A stretch of 64,000 nt of DNA from Podarcis erhardii (GCA_964252035.1 OZ176205.1), one strand, 5' to 3'. Shown: positions 46,932 to 61,112, counted from the first letter of the stretch. Notes: a model not told the origin generated them from the sequence alone. Program-made: numbers and translations.

Positions 46932-49900
46932 ATTTTGTTCCCAAATAACCTACTGGTGAATCATTGCCATTATGTGTCTGCAAAACATAGCGTCTCTACT
47001 TTAAAATACACCACTGTTTTTTGTAGGAACACATGTGGGGGAAGTAGGGCAGGGCTGTCTGAAAATCCAAACACCATCCTAGTGATATTTGTACTTGACT
47101 ACAGATGGGAGGGGGGAGTGTTTAACTTGTAGCTATGCATTTTGGAAGAAAGCCCTGCTAAATGACAAGACTCAGAACGTGGCGGTACTCTTCTTCATTA
47201 CTCCAGATTGCCACAAGGAGGAGTGCTTGTTTTGTATAGAATGGCTTGAGCTCGCAGGTGAGAGGTTTAGGCTCTGTACATTACTGCTAAACAAAAGTTT
47301 GTCTTAAGTGTTCATCATCACAAAGTAATGACGTGGTTCAAAGCGGGTGAATTTCCTGAGCCAAGAACAATTTTTTATGGTTTTACGGACTTTTCAAGCT
47401 GCCTGTGGAATCTGCGAGAATTCTCTAGATAAGAAATACAAGATCAGTAAGAAGAATCAAGGGCTTCAGTGTAAGCTCTAAAGACTTCCATCCTACGGAG
47501 CCTCCAAATTACAACTTGGGAGGTTTGGTGTACTACGTGACAGCAAGCAAGAGCAAATGCAACAGGCCAGGTACAAGTACTTCCTCCATACCCTCCTCCA
47601 GAACAGCAGAGAGGGATTTTTGTTTTGTCTGGAAAGCAGAAATGCTTGTGCATGCAGAATGATGAGATCGAAACAATGTGAATTTCTCCCTGTGTTACTA
47701 GCAGTCATCAACCAGAGTGATGAATCAATAAGAGATCTTGTGTTGCTTGTCTTATGAGACTGAGCTTCAAATGAAGATCCCTTGCTTGAGTCTTGCCACT
47801 GTCATGAACTTACCAGCTTTTTAAAAGCCAATATGTCTCTGAGCCTCAGACCCTCTCTGCAATACAAAGCTAATAATACTGACCTACCTTACAAGGTTGT
47901 TGCAAAAAGTACAGTAAGGTGATTTTATTATTGTTATTGCTGTTATTGTTACTAAAAGTTGCATACTACCCTTTATCCGAAGATCTCAGGGCAGTTCACA
48001 GCATAAAAATACAATATAAAAGAGCAAAAACAAAAACAAACCAATAGATGATCCTTGTGATCCCTTCCAGCTTTTCAATTCTATGATTTTGTAATAACCC
48101 TCCTCTTCCACAAGCACATTTAAAAGGATATAGGATGTGAAATGCTTTGAACGCCCATGTTTTGATGGTGTGACAGCACTGCAGGGCCAACCCCCTGACA
48201 AAGGGACCACTAGAGTTTATCTGTTTCAGGCAGGACAGTAGTAGTGATGTGTTGGGGCTGCACAGACACACCAGCAGGAATCCCAGATTGGCTCTGCCAT
48301 TACATCTGTGCAGCCCTGTTGCAGTAAACTGTAGCAACTCGGGGCTTGTAAACCACTTGGAGCCTGGAGCTCACTTGGTTGCCTTTTGGGCTTGGGAGTG
48401 CCCTGCCTTTCCTAGAGATTGAAGCTGGAACCTTTTGCAGGCAAGGCATGTGATCTATCACTCTACTAAGCCCTTTCCTTTCCCAACTACAGTATTTGCT
48501 CCCATTGAGAAAACTTCAACCCACCCATTCAGGGCCATTAGGCACTACAGTAATCTTGCTTAGGCAAAGGAAATTTGGTCAGTCACTAACAATATTAGTT
48601 TTGCTGAATCTGGAGAGTCTTTTCTTTTGTAATGCTTATGAGACATTAGGGTGGGAAACTTGAAGAAGGATGCTTTGAACTTGAAATGTCAGTGTTACTG
48701 TAAAGACAGTATCATTTTTGTTTTTGCTGTGATTTCCTTTTTGCCTCTGGAGAAAGACATTGTGCCCAGGATGGGGGAAGGGGAAGAACTTTGCGAATAT
48801 AGTGCTTTACTTTGCATGAAAATGAAAGATTATTATAGTTTGGATGACATGCTTGTTAAAAGTTAATTAAAAAGGCTCTCTTAATTAAAGTGATAAGGCA
48901 CAGGTGACCTTAATAAAATGTCTCTTCAATATTAAGGTAAAATTACTCATTTTAGGGATGAATGTGACCTTCTCTCCCAGAGATCATTCACGGTAATACT
49001 GAATGTTTGTGAGTTTCAGACCTTTGATTTCTACAGTGCTGAAGTGGGTTACTGGTTACCAGCTCCTTATTTACATGGAAGTTTGAAACACAAAGGAGCT
49101 ATTAATAAGGGCAGTTACTGAATTGTTATTTTTCTGTCGACAATTGTTCATTAATGAAGGATTTTGTTACTGACCTTATTCATTAGAGAATCTTATCTTC
49201 TTCTTTTTGCTCTTAAATATATGAATCATGATAATGGCAATCTCTCTCAACTGGGTCAGTTATTCAACAACACGCCTGTGCGCCTTTTGCTACAGACTAT
49301 TCCTCTTATACTGCCTTGAGTGAGTACTACTGAGGAATAAAATGATGAGTAATCTTAGAACAGGAATTTGTGACCAGAGATTACACTGGACCTTCTCTTT
49401 GCTGACATGTGGACTTTTAAAGCTCTCCTGGTCCCTGAAGAATTCGAGGAAACTCAAAATCTGAGCCCTATTTTGTGCCATTTTGATTGGCCTGTTAAAG
49501 GTATTGCCCATTTTAGATTTTCCCCCCTTATGTTCCAGTACAGCTACTTTTACTGCTGTATTATTTTAGTCCAACTTCAACTACTCTTATATGAGATTAT
49601 ATTTGATGCAAGTCAGGCTAAGGAGCACAAGTAGGGTTAGACTGGACATGGAGGTTTATTGGGGGACAAGCACTGTGGTTGAATGGGCTTAGGTATAGAA
49701 ACATCTTGGATCCACTGATCCCAGGATCTACTTAAGCTATTGTTGAGTGCTTTGCATGAGAGATAGGAGGCTGTATTTTTACCTCCTGTATTGCTGCCAA
49801 TTCCGAAAAAGTAATGTTGCTTTATGTCTCATGCATGTGAGGGTCACTGTCTACATCACTTGTTTTTACTTTCCTGGTGTGCACCTGCTGTCTGGTTTAA

Positions 49901-50079
49901 TATATTTACAGCACCGGGGGCAGGGGGTAGAATAGATCACCATGTTTTGCATGTTCCAATAAACTTGTGTGGCTCATGGCATTTACACTACAGCATTCCA
50001 TGTGATTGTATCTCATCACCTCATGCTGTTTAACACCTACATGAAGCTGCTGGATGTGGTTGGCTCTGGAATTTATTTA

Positions 50080-50304
50080 CAGTGGTACCTCAGGTTAAGT
50101 ACTTAATTTGTTCCGGAGGTCCGTACTTAACCTGAAACTGTTCTTAACCTGAAGCACCACTTTAACTAATGGGGCCTCCAGCTGCTGCCGCACTGCTAGA
50201 GCCCGATTTCTGTTCTCATCCTGAAGCAAAGTTTTTAACCTGAAGCATATTTCTGGGTTAGCAGAGTCTGTAACCTGAAGCGTATGTAACCTGAGGTACC
50301 ACTG
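50080..50304 (+). mobile_element. Tc1/mariner MITE (same family as 12068), 225 bp
   Basis: TA|CAGTGGTACCTCAGGTTA ... TAACCTGAGGTACCACTG|TA. Confidence 0.9.
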
Positions 50305-53300
50305 TACTGTATTTTAAAAAATTATATACCAGTATATCATAAAAATATATCACAAAAATAACAATATACAACCAAAATCAGACAATAAAATCATAAAAGT
50401 TAAAAAGAAGTTAAAAGCAATAATTTAAAAAGTGAACATCAGTAGACTGTTGTGGGGGATGTACTCTTTAACTGCCCGCTTAGGCCAGGCTGAATAGAAA
50501 GTCAGCCGGCTTTTAAGAGTTGGCACAGAGGCACCCACTGAATCTCTATTGGGAGGGTTTTCCACAGGACTTGGCTGATAACGCTAAAGGCTCACTTTCT
50601 CATTGTCAAATGAGCCTCACCAACTCGGAGAATTGCTGTAAGGTACTGTCAATATGTTGATAAAAACCCAGCTCTGTTTCTCATTTCATGCAATCAAAAT
50701 GTCACATTGTAAGCCCTGGAAAAATTCACAAAGTAAAAGACGGAACGAAGGCTAATAAACTGAAGCTACTGTTGGTCAGTGAGATGTTCTTCATCCCAAT
50801 CAAGATGAGGTTGCATCTCACCCATTCAAGATGCAGTTCACATGATGCCAATGCTTTTAGATCCAACCTTTCTTGTGGATTTGATTCCCTATGGCTGCCA
50901 AGCTGGGTTTGGGTATGGCCAACTTTCCAGTACGGAATTAAAGATGCGACCCTAGTGCAAAATTGTTTCTCCATCTCAAAATATGGAGCCACATGTTTCT
51001 ACAAGCCAAATTCCATAAAAAGAAGAAACCAAAGCTCTCTCTAGCTGTGTGTCTGGGAAGAAAGATGCCATAAAAGCCTAATAAAGTCAAAAGCTTTTTA
51101 TTATTCTAAAATGAGTTGCTCTGTGCTTTTGACCTTTCAGTACATATTGAAGACTTACCTGCCATAAAGATTTAGTCTGGGCCCAAATCCCATCACCTCA
51201 CTCCTTTCTTCTCCAGAAAGAGAGCTGTCATCACATTGCTGAATCTTTTAAGTCTGCCTCAATGCTTGTCGTCTCTCTTGCTTAATAAAAAAAAAGAGAG
51301 AAAGAGGGATAGGAGCTATGCATTAGGTCACCCTTCTCTTTTACGGTGGGCTGCTTGTTCTTTTACTATTTTCCCTGACCGCCTGCTTGTGGTAATTCTG
51401 TCAAACAAAATTTGTGATTGAACGGCTTATTTTAACAGAAACAACATAAAACAAACAAGGGATTCCCACATGTCTCGATGCAGGATGAGTTGGTTCGGCT
51501 GCCAAGTGTCTTTCTCTAATAGGGGAAATGTATTTAGAAGTTCGCTGCTGCTGTGCTGTTTTATTTGCTTGTTCCTTTTTATGATCACTTTTTTAAAAGT
51601 ACCCCCACTGCCACAATATTCTAGTTTTATACCTGAAGACACTTCGGAAATGTGTGTCAAAAAGGTGACTGACAAAAACCTACAATCTTGTATGGAATAG
51701 AAAAGAGAACTAGCTTAATGCTCTTTTGTATATATCGATCCATACATACGTAATTTTATTTGTATGCTGCCTTTTCACAGTTCAAACCATGCTCAAGATG
51801 GCTTACAGCATGAAAAACTACATAAATACAACATATCAAAAGTAGTCAGAAACATTAAGAAATACACAACCAAATGGCACAATTTCCACATAAATCACAA
51901 CAAGTTCTTAAATAAAGATGGGAGGGGGGACAACAGCAGCAGCAGCAACCCCCCCCCCAATATCTTCAGCAGCCTCAGGTTTTTGTAGCTAGTTAGTCAG
52001 GGCCACAGCTTCTCAGGCCAGGTGGGAAAAGACCTGCAAGGTAGGGGAGCAGGTATTCCAGGATTCGCAGCCAAGATGGCATACTTTGATCTGTAATGAA
52101 GTTTTTGCTTTCTCGACTCACCAAAAGTAGGTCTACATTTTTTTTTTTTAATTATAGGAGGAAATTGTCAATTTAGTTGTATAGGGAGGGAACTTAGTGG
52201 GGACTGAGGGAGAAAAGGAGAGAGGGAGCACCAAAAGAAGGGATATGTGGAAGAGGAAAGTGTACATACACATTTATAGATAGAATGGACCTCAGTTTAG
52301 TCACTCATGGGATTACTAAAATTTATCAGATTACTTCCCGAGGGAGTTGAAAGCTGTATTTTCAGATTACCCCTAGAAAAATTTGAAGGGGGGTAAAATC
52401 AATAGATTTCTTCTTGTGGCACAATGCTAGTAATGCAAACAATAGCTTCTGAGGTGGAATTTATTATTTATTAAATACTGGAAGAAAGTAACTTTGGTAA
52501 TAGGTCATATATTTTTCCTGTGGAAATTAAGCCTTCTGGTATGGCTGTAGTGATTTACTGACAGCGTTGGTTGTTCAAAATGAGCGCTATAAATTGACAG
52601 CTAATCTCAGAATCATTGCAAGAACAGAATTAGATCATAAACAGAAGAATTGGGAATGCTAACACTTATTAACATGAGTATGGAATACTAAGATGAACTG
52701 TATTCATGCCATATTTAGGAATGGAAAAGGAGGTGTATTGCCTTAATTCAAACTGAAACCTCTTTATAAAATGTTGAGATAAAATACAATCAAAACCAGT
52801 ACAGTATTGGAATCAATTCACAAACTTTGCTTTCCTGTGTAATGCATATTCCTTGAGGCGCATGCCCTCATTTTACTTGTTTACCTTACTGTAAGATGTA
52901 AAAGTAATTAATAACATATTATGGTATCTGGCAACTAATCCCAAATGTTAGATATCTGACACCGACACGAGAAAACAATGCTTTGTTGCATGTCAAGAGA
53001 CTGACATGTCAAAATCAGCCTTGAAAGCTTTTAGAACACAAGTGACCCTGTAACAAGACCTCCTGGGCTGACTGGCAGCTTTTAACTTCAGCATTCGAGA
53101 TTAGCTGACCTTGTTTATCCAAGATCCACCTGAGATATAGCAGACATGCCCATGTCTATTACGTTTCATGCTGTAAATGTTTGCTCAGGTATCAGAAACC
53201 AAGCGGAGTTAAGGGATCATAATAGCCATTTGGCCTCAGTTATAGGTCCTTGAGAACAATGCTTAGATGGGCTAGCATCAAGCACAGACTAATGCAACAG

Positions 53301-53400
53301 TTAATGGTCAAGAGAGGCATTGAAATGACAGTATTGCTTCCAATTAAGCTTTGCCCCCCAAATATCAGCAGAGATGTTGGAACATATCTGTGGGGGAACA

Positions 53401-53517
53401 GAGGCAGTCTTGACGACCATATGTCAGGAGTACTCTGATGGCGTTTCCTGCTTGGCAGGGGGTTGGACTCGATGGCCCTTGTGGTCTCTTCCAGCTCTAT
53501 GATTCTATGATTCTATG
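53401..53517 (+). mobile_element. CR1-type LINE 3' end
   Basis: GGCAGGGGGTTGGACTCGATGGCCCTTGTGGTCTCTTCCAGCTCTATGATTCTATGATTCTATGA, with the CR1-style ATTCTATG tail. Confidence 0.7.
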
Positions 53518-54248
53518 ACCTACAAGTTGTTCGTTTTGGGAGATCTCACTGCCTTGACAGGAGCCAGTCTTGACAGATGTCTGTTATGACAACCCTGGGA
53601 TTGTCTCAATATGTGATATTTAATAGTTTCTTACATTTGTATCCGTTCTTCCCTATCAATGGAGCCCCGGGCAGCAAACACACACAAAAATCAAACCAAT
53701 ACAATTAAAAATAAAATCTAAGAATTAGAAGCATCTGAAAACATTAAAAAAAAATTAACATCCAAAACAATCACATTTCCCCACTTTGCCTACAGCTGGT
53801 CCTGGTGATGCGCGCCCAGGAAATGGAAGAAGCAGAAACAGATGTGCTCATGCCCACTAGATTATCGGCACACTGCCCAGTAATGTGATTCCGATGACTC
53901 AAAACAGGCTTGAGTTGTGGAAGAAGGGGATGGAGGTAGAGGCTGGGATATCTCTCCAAGACAAGGTTTCAAAACAATAACAGCTACATTTGTATATCTC
54001 CCCTAGTGGGGCAGCCTGTGAGCAGGGTATCTGTGGCTATTACTCGGCGTTCAAGTTGGCAACTTCAACCCTCATCAAAGGACAAATCAATTTTGTGTGA
54101 TTGTTTTGACAGGCTCCATGCCAAGTCGGCCCCAGGCCCTTCTGGGCTACTTTCTATCCCTGAGACACAATGAATGATGGCTCCCCGCAACATCAAGAAG
54201 GACCTGATACATTTACTGTATACAGGTATATGTGTTTTAAAGGAGCTA

Positions 54249-54814
54249 CAGTGGTACCTCGGGTTAAGAACTTCATTCATTCCAGAGGTCTGTTCTTAAC
54301 CTGAAACTGTTCTTAACCTGAGGTACCACTTTAGCTAATGGGACAATGAAAACACGAACCACACGCCTTCTGAATAGTTTCTATCCAAGAGCTCTGATTG
54401 CACTAAATAATGATCTCAGGGCCAGTTGTAAGAAATAGCAAGCAGTGAGTAGTAAGGAATGAGATAGGGTTTAGGTTATGCTATGCTTCTAATAGGTTGT
54501 GTTATATTCTGGATTATGTATGTTTTAATAGATTATGTCTGAATAGGATGAGAGTGTTGGAGATACGTGCAAATGTGTATGTGAATCCGGTCTTGGGTGT
54601 TTGATTTTCGTTGTTGTGTATACTGTGTATATACGGACAATGACAATAAATTTATCTAATCTAATCTAATCTAATCTAATCTAATCTAATGGGGCCTCCC
54701 GCTGCCGCCACATGATTTCTGTTGTCATCCTGAGGTAAAGTTCTTAACCCAAAGTACTATTTCTGGGTTAGTGGAGTCTGTAACCTGAAGCGTCTGTAAC
54801 CCGAGGTACCACTG
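54249..54814 (+). mobile_element. Tc1/mariner MITE split by a nested insertion
   Basis: Left part 54249-54342 plus right part 54694-54814 totals 215 bp, collinear with the 12068 copy; TA flanks. Confidence 0.9.
54343..54685 (+). mobile_element. 5'-truncated Rex1/Babar-like LINE 3' end with a (CTAAT)n tail
   Basis: Encodes TMKTRTTRLLNSFYPRALIALNN...* (stop 54436-38); ends GACAATAAA plus a tandem tail; TSD CTAATGGG at 54335-42 and 54686-93. Confidence 0.75.
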
Positions 54815-54905
54815 TATTTGTAGTTACTGCTTGTGGCCACAGGATGTCTTACCTGATGAATTATTGTATTTTAATATTTTGCTGGAAACCGCCGAGAGTA
54901 TAAAT

Positions 54906-54960
54906 TTATCATTATCATTATCATTATCATTATCATTATCATTATCATTATCATCATCAT
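54906..54960 (+). repeat. (TTATCA)n / (TCA)n microsatellite tail
   Basis: Direct read; follows a deleted version of the LINE-tail motif seen at 29.8 kb. Confidence 0.85.
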
Positions 54961-55037
54961 CTCCAGTCATCTGTAGGACTTTGGATGCCACTCTAATAAA
55001 ATGTATAATGTCTTCACATTCCAAGCAAGCTCAGTGT

Positions 55038-55182
55038 CATAGAATCATAGAATTGTAGAGTTGGAAGGGACCCTGAGGGTCATCTAGTCCAACCCCCTGC
55101 AATGCAGGTCCCTTTTGCCGAACATGGGGGCTTGAACCCACAACCCTGAGATTAAGAGCATTGTGCTCTATCAACTGAGCTA
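55038..55182 (-). mobile_element. tRNA-Lys-derived SINE with CR1-like tail
   Basis: Reverse complement of the 11915 family (CATAGAATCATAGAATTGTAGAGTTGGAAGGGACC...CTCTATCAACTGAGCTA). Confidence 0.85.
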
Positions 55183-56392
55183 CTTGTTCTCTTGTTAAGA
55201 GCTTGGGAATGTAGATCAGGCCACATTTGTTTCTCTCCCAGCTCTCCGTTTTTACTGAACACACTCACTAACTACCATTTAATCCTTTGTTTCTCCTGCA
55301 ACCATTGCTTTCACATAATGCAAAAACGGCTTCGTGTTAAGTTGACCCCATTATAGCTGAAAAATCCCGTTGCACTGCAAAGTATCTTTTACACAAACAA
55401 GCGATTCATGGTGCAGGACAGGAAACAGGCTAAGCGCGAGCCTTCCCCTTCTGGCTCTGGATTACGTTTGTGGAAACGAGAAGCCCGCCATTTGGATATT
55501 TATTTAAGAAAATAAATATTATTATTTCAGGCGTTGGTAGCCTTCCGGGGGAGATACACCAGTGTGTAACAAGTGTGTGTTTAATGCAACTCTCTCCACT
55601 TGGATGTTATTTTCCTTCACAGTCAGGCAATTGAATTTAAGACAACTCTGGTTCCCTTGAGCAAACAAGAATGGTTGCTAATGCTACTAATGGCTCTACA
55701 CTGGGAGCTGCAACTTCAGTGTATCACAGGAACTGACTTGATGCTTTGCTTACCTTCAGAGCCTCTCTGTCCTATCTGTCTCAAAGCCATAGGAGCCAAC
55801 TAATAATTTTTTTGAGGGGGCTGGCCCTCCCAAAGCTGGGCATTGCCATTCAAATGGTGTGTGTGTGCCATGTCATGTGGTTGAATATGTGGTGCAGGGC
55901 TCACCTGCCCCCCAATATTTTATTCAAGTTGGCACCCCTGCTCAGAGCTGTGGGAATATTAGGGTTGGATCCAAACTGAATTATGCCACATGGAAATCTA
56001 TGAGAAAAGTTAATAATGCCCAGGGATTTTTTTTCCAGCAGGAACTCACCAGATCTGATTTCTGACAACTCTCAGGTGGGCACCACTGCCATTATAAGAA
56101 AACAAGGGAGATGTTCATAGTTCCAGCACCTCTTTTTTTAGAAAAATAGCGCTGGTGATGACTAATGTGAAACCCCACTGATTTCAGTGTGAATGATGTG
56201 TGACTAACTGAGGCTGTAATCCTACACTCGCTTACCTCCAGGGCTGGCCCTACCATTAGGCAGAGTGATGCACTGGTCTGTGGATCAGAACAGTGGTGTA
56301 GCATTGGGATGGGATGGGGGCCGTGGCCCCAGGTTTCATTTGTCAATGAACCTCTCCTCTACTATTTGCTTTGTTGCATTTCAAGAAACTGC

Positions 56393-56430
<38 letters not shown>
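56393..56430 (+). repeat. (TTA)n microsatellite
   Basis: Direct read. Confidence 0.95.
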
Positions 56431-56435
<5 letters not shown>

Positions 56436-56851
56436 TCTAGTCAAAGGCCATGACAAACATGTCTTAAGCAAGAGTATATTATATTTTCTAAAATATCTAC
56501 CCAGCCTTTCTGCATAGAGCTCAAGGCAGTCTGCCAAACAGACAAACAACACTGCATTAAGAAAGCATACATTATTTCTGTGTAAACACTTATCGGATTG
56601 TGCTACAAATTTATCAACCAATACCACAAAGCCTTGATGGATAACTGGTGTGAACTGCCCTTTGGACTTGCTCCTCTGTTAAGTGAAGTGTTAACTCTAG
56701 CCACAAATTAATTCAAAGCAAAGTTTAGTCGGAAATGACTCATGTGAATTCCCCCAAGTTGTTTTGGAATATTCTGTTTAATAAATGTAGATTCCACCAC
56801 CACCACCCTCTCCAGAACTGTCCAGGTGGCTAAATATCTTCTATGCGATAT

Positions 56852-57198
56852 AGGTAAAGGTAAAGGGACCCCTGACCATTAGGTCCAGTCATGACCGACT
56901 CTGGGGTTGCGGCGCTCATCTCGCTTTATTGGCCGAGGGAGCCAGTGTACAGCTTCCGGGTCATGTCGCCAGCATGACTAAGCCGCTTCTGGCGAACCAG
57001 AGCAGCACATGGAAACGCCATTTACCTTCCCGCCGGAATGGTACCTATTTATCTACTTGCACTTTGATGTGCTTTCGAACTGCTAGGTTGGCAGGAGGAG
57101 GGACTGAGCAACAGGAGCTCACCCCGTCACGGGGATTCGAACCGCTGACCTTCTGATCGGGAAGTCCTAGGCTCTGTGGTTTAACCCACAGCACCACC
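56852..57198 (-). mobile_element. Near full-length Sauria SINE (lacertid type)
   Basis: Head GGTGCTGTGGGTTAAACCACAGAGCCTAGG...GGTTCGAATCCCCG, body GCAAGTAGATAAATAGGTACC and 3' end GGGGTCCCTTTACCTTTACC, read on the minus strand. Confidence 0.9.
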
Positions 57199-58250
57199 AG
57201 TGTGAGACACAGCCTTGAAGAAGGATGCCAATTAGAGAATGGTAGCCTTCCTTGGTGTTATCCAAGGTATGGATAGGACACAGGCGTAGCTTTCCTTAAT
57301 GGTGCCTAAAATACACAGCTACCAGCTTTGCCCAGTGAAAGCTGCTGGCATTATCATTCGTTCGTTTGATTTCTTACCCACCCTTCACTCAGGGCAGATT
57401 ATGACAATTTGAAATTCAATATTAAAAATGGTTTAAAACAAATTACAGTCCCCAGAATAGGGTGGGTCCTGAAAATACGTATCTCGGGTGTCAAAGGCCA
57501 GGGTAAGCAAGTCTGTCTTCAGCATACAATGGAAACTAATGAAGGTGCCAGACCCACCTTTATGGGGAGAGAATTCCATAGCCTAGGAGCTGCTGTAGGG
57601 GATGACATCTCCTGGGCCACTCTCACCCACCTGAACCTCTGAGGGCAGTGGAACTACCAAGAAGGTCCTCTCTGCTGAGGGTCTGCAGGGAAGGAAGGTA
57701 AGTTCATGAGCTGTGATGCAGCTAGTCCTGCAGAACCCATGGGACTTTGGGCTTGCCTGTTTACCAAACTGCCCTGAATGCTGCATGGCAAACAGTTTTT
57801 GAACTTTGTGCTATGCCATGGAAGTGGGCTGTAAAACACACACACATACATGCATGGAGAAATATCAGTGGAAATGCCCACGTCACTGGACATATCTAAA
57901 GTAGATACCTAGACAGTTTACACTGAGGTTATTGGGCATATAAGGGGTTTAAATACGCATCTCTCACACACAAACACAAAGATCCCAGATTCTGTGTTTT
58001 GTTTTTAAAGAAAAGCAGCTTGAGGAAGCAGGGAGCGCTTAGCCATATGCCTGCCTGCCTGTTACTGTACTTCTTTGCTCTAAATTCCACTTCTTTAGTG
58101 GTTTTTCTTTTTTAAAAAATAATAATGCTTCAGGACCTTATTACATGTGTTTGAGCATAATCTGTAGTCAGATCCGAAGAGCAGCAGGAAGAGGATTGTA
58201 GAGGAAGAGATATTTTTGAATGAGGCAGCATTCCAGATGTGTGCACTTAG

Positions 58251-58396
58251 NNNNNNNNNNNNNNNNNNNNNNNNNNNNNNNNNNNNNNNNNNNNNNNNNN
58301 NNNNNNNNNNNNNNNNNNNNNNNNNNNNNNNNNNNNNNNNNNNNNNNNNNNNNNNNNNNNNNNNNNNNNNNNNNNNNNNNNNNNNNNNNNNNNNNN
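58251..58396. other. Assembly gap (146 N)
   Basis: Direct read. Confidence 1.
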
Positions 58397-61112
58397 TGTA
58401 TTTGGAAGAGGTTGGAGTAACCCAATTTCAAATGCCATCACTGCCAGGAACTTCCTGACTGGCTTTGGCAACTCACTATCTCTCTGCTCCCCTTTCCCAT
58501 CTGTGAAACAAGAATGACAGTGAGCAGCCTCCACTGGTTCTTCAGGAGGCAAAAGACACGGGAAAAGAAAATTGTAAAGCACCCTGCAATTTAGGATTAG
58601 GAAATACCATTGTTGTTCTTTATCCACCAAGAAATCTTCCCGTTTGAACAATGCTTGCTAGGACGGTTTTGGACAGCTTCATATCAGAAAGGATGCTATT
58701 TTAAAAACACCCTTTCTCCACTAGGTAAATGTCAGTGTGAAAACTCAGGCATAATTACTATGTTCTCCAAATCTCTCCCTCCCCCCTTCCTTTTTTTTTC
58801 TTTTTTGTAATTGCGTGTCAGACCAAGTGCACTCGAAATGCAAGCACTGTTGGCTACAAGGAGAGTGCAACGAGATAATCCATGTTTTCATCATTCATAG
58901 GCCACTCTTTTCACAAGCCATGGTCCGTACTTTATTAGGTTGAGCAGCTCTGGGTCTGCAAGAAAGACCCAGGCCTTTCTCATCAGTATGAGAACGGCCC
59001 AGTGAATGGTTTCCAAGTGTTTACTCAGCATTTGTCTCGTGGCTCATCAGAGGAATGGGGAGGGAGGTGCCGACAGATCTTTTGTCCGACTGAACTGCCT
59101 GATGTGTTATGACAATGTTCCATGAATATGCAGAATGGCAGAAGGGATTAGGACCAGTACAATTCCCCCCAGGCCTCTTTTTTTTTTTTTTTTGCCTAGG
59201 ATGTTCAGAGCTTTAAGGATGACCTGTTCGCGGTTAGGGCACTAAACACCAGATTTTCCTGCAGATAGGAGTGTAAAAATCCCACACTTGTCCAAAGCTG
59301 TTAACATCTGACTTGAAGGTCAGCCAGTCTTATTCACAGCCCTCTATCATTTTCCAGCAGGCAAAGGCAGCCTAATCAAAGGCTTTGTTTCAGAGGAGAC
59401 ATGGACATGGTACATTGTGAATGGCAGCCTCGTTCAGCAGCGCACATCCAGCCAAATACAAAGAGGGCAAGGCTTCCTTGCTCTGAGCAGATAATAATAT
59501 TCTGGCCATCTACTCTTATGTTTCTGTATGCTGGCTTCCTGCTGCCTCATAGAGCTCTTCTCTCAGTTTCCAATTTCAGGTTAGCCTGGAACTAAAATGC
59601 CTACAATAACATTGTGCTACAAGAGCGTGCCCATCTAATAAAGGATCTGGGTGCTCACAAAGAAATGTGATAACATGCTCTTTCATTTAAAAGGAGATTG
59701 TGTTTATAGCTCTCAAGATTTTATGGGGAGCAGACTGGAAATGAGAGGGGTGCTGGCAGTGGCAGACTTTGAGCTCTCAAATTTCAGTGGGGCCCTGTGC
59801 ATCACTAGAATTTGGTGCCCCCCCACCTTTCATGCTCCATTGTGGTGCATTGTTGCGGTGCCTCCTGCAGCCTGACACCCAGGGAGACCAAGCCAGTCAT
59901 GCTACCCTAAAACCACCTCTGGTGCAGTGTTGTCTGTAAGTATTTTGATACTCTAGGTAAAAAGCCAGCACAGCTATCTGGGTCCTTCTGAGTCTAGCAT
60001 CTTCGCTAAATCTCACCAGCCCAGCTCCTATGTACTCTTAGAACCTATAAGGAACTCATACCTCTAGTTCCTAGAAACCCATGGCTCAAAAATATTCTAT
60101 TTACTGAAATCCTTCTCTCCTGATGAAACATTGGAGGCTGGATTCCAGGGCTCTCCTGTTCATTAAGCCTTGCCTAATTCCCATCACTACCTACTGAATT
60201 CCTCAGTCCACTACACTGCTGTCAGTGAATGTGGTCTCATGTAGAAGGAAAGAATGGAAAAAATACTGTGGTCCAATGACACAAGCCTGTGAAGTATGAA
60301 TTGGCTGCCTATTTGAAGGGTGAAGCTGTGCCTAAGAATCATGCAACCTGTGGCACCCCACCATCTTCACCAACAGATTCACGGCAGAACCAATCTGCAC
60401 AGCCCTGAACTCACTCCTACCCTGCCCCCCCACCTCTGTCCAGGTAAGCTGCAGTGACACTGGTGCAAAGGCGTTGAAAGAGCCAATACAACACCTGAAA
60501 GGGGATGGACCTGTTATCTAAGGTAGTTATTGAGAAGAGTTAGAGGAGAAAAGTGAGAATTGTCTGCAACAGGGGGGGAAATTGAAGAGTAGAATGGGAA
60601 ACTGTGGATAGAGTGGAATAGAGTGAAAGCAGAGAAATGAAATATGAACTGATGTCTTGTCCCAGTGCAGGGTACCGTAATACTTTACATGAAATTGGAT
60701 GCATAGTCAGAAAATTATTAACAGTTTAAGTTTGCACTTAAGTATTATTATTTATTATTTGTACTTAATTGCCCTCCCTTTAAGTTACACTTGTGTACTT
60801 GCTGTCTAGAAAAAAATATTACCAAAAGGTCAGGCAACTTAAGGCACAAAGTTAAGGCAATTTTCATGCTGCCTGTTAAGGAAATTCAGAATTCAACAAT
60901 GCTATCAGTTGTGAGTTTGGTAAAAACTAAAGGGCACCCTGTCCAGTTTACATATCAATGCTGAATACTGATGAATTGCACAGATTAGCAGACTTCCAGT
61001 GCAAAATGAGTAGGTTCATTTTTAATCCATGTTGCCAGGGACAGGCAGTCCCTGTAATTTCCACCAGACTCCTTTGGGGCTATTGTCAGCTGCCCAAAAT
61101 GAGGACCTAAAT

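Noticed and set aside
58168-58651. ORFs spanning the N run
   Set aside because: Artefacts of the assembly gap.
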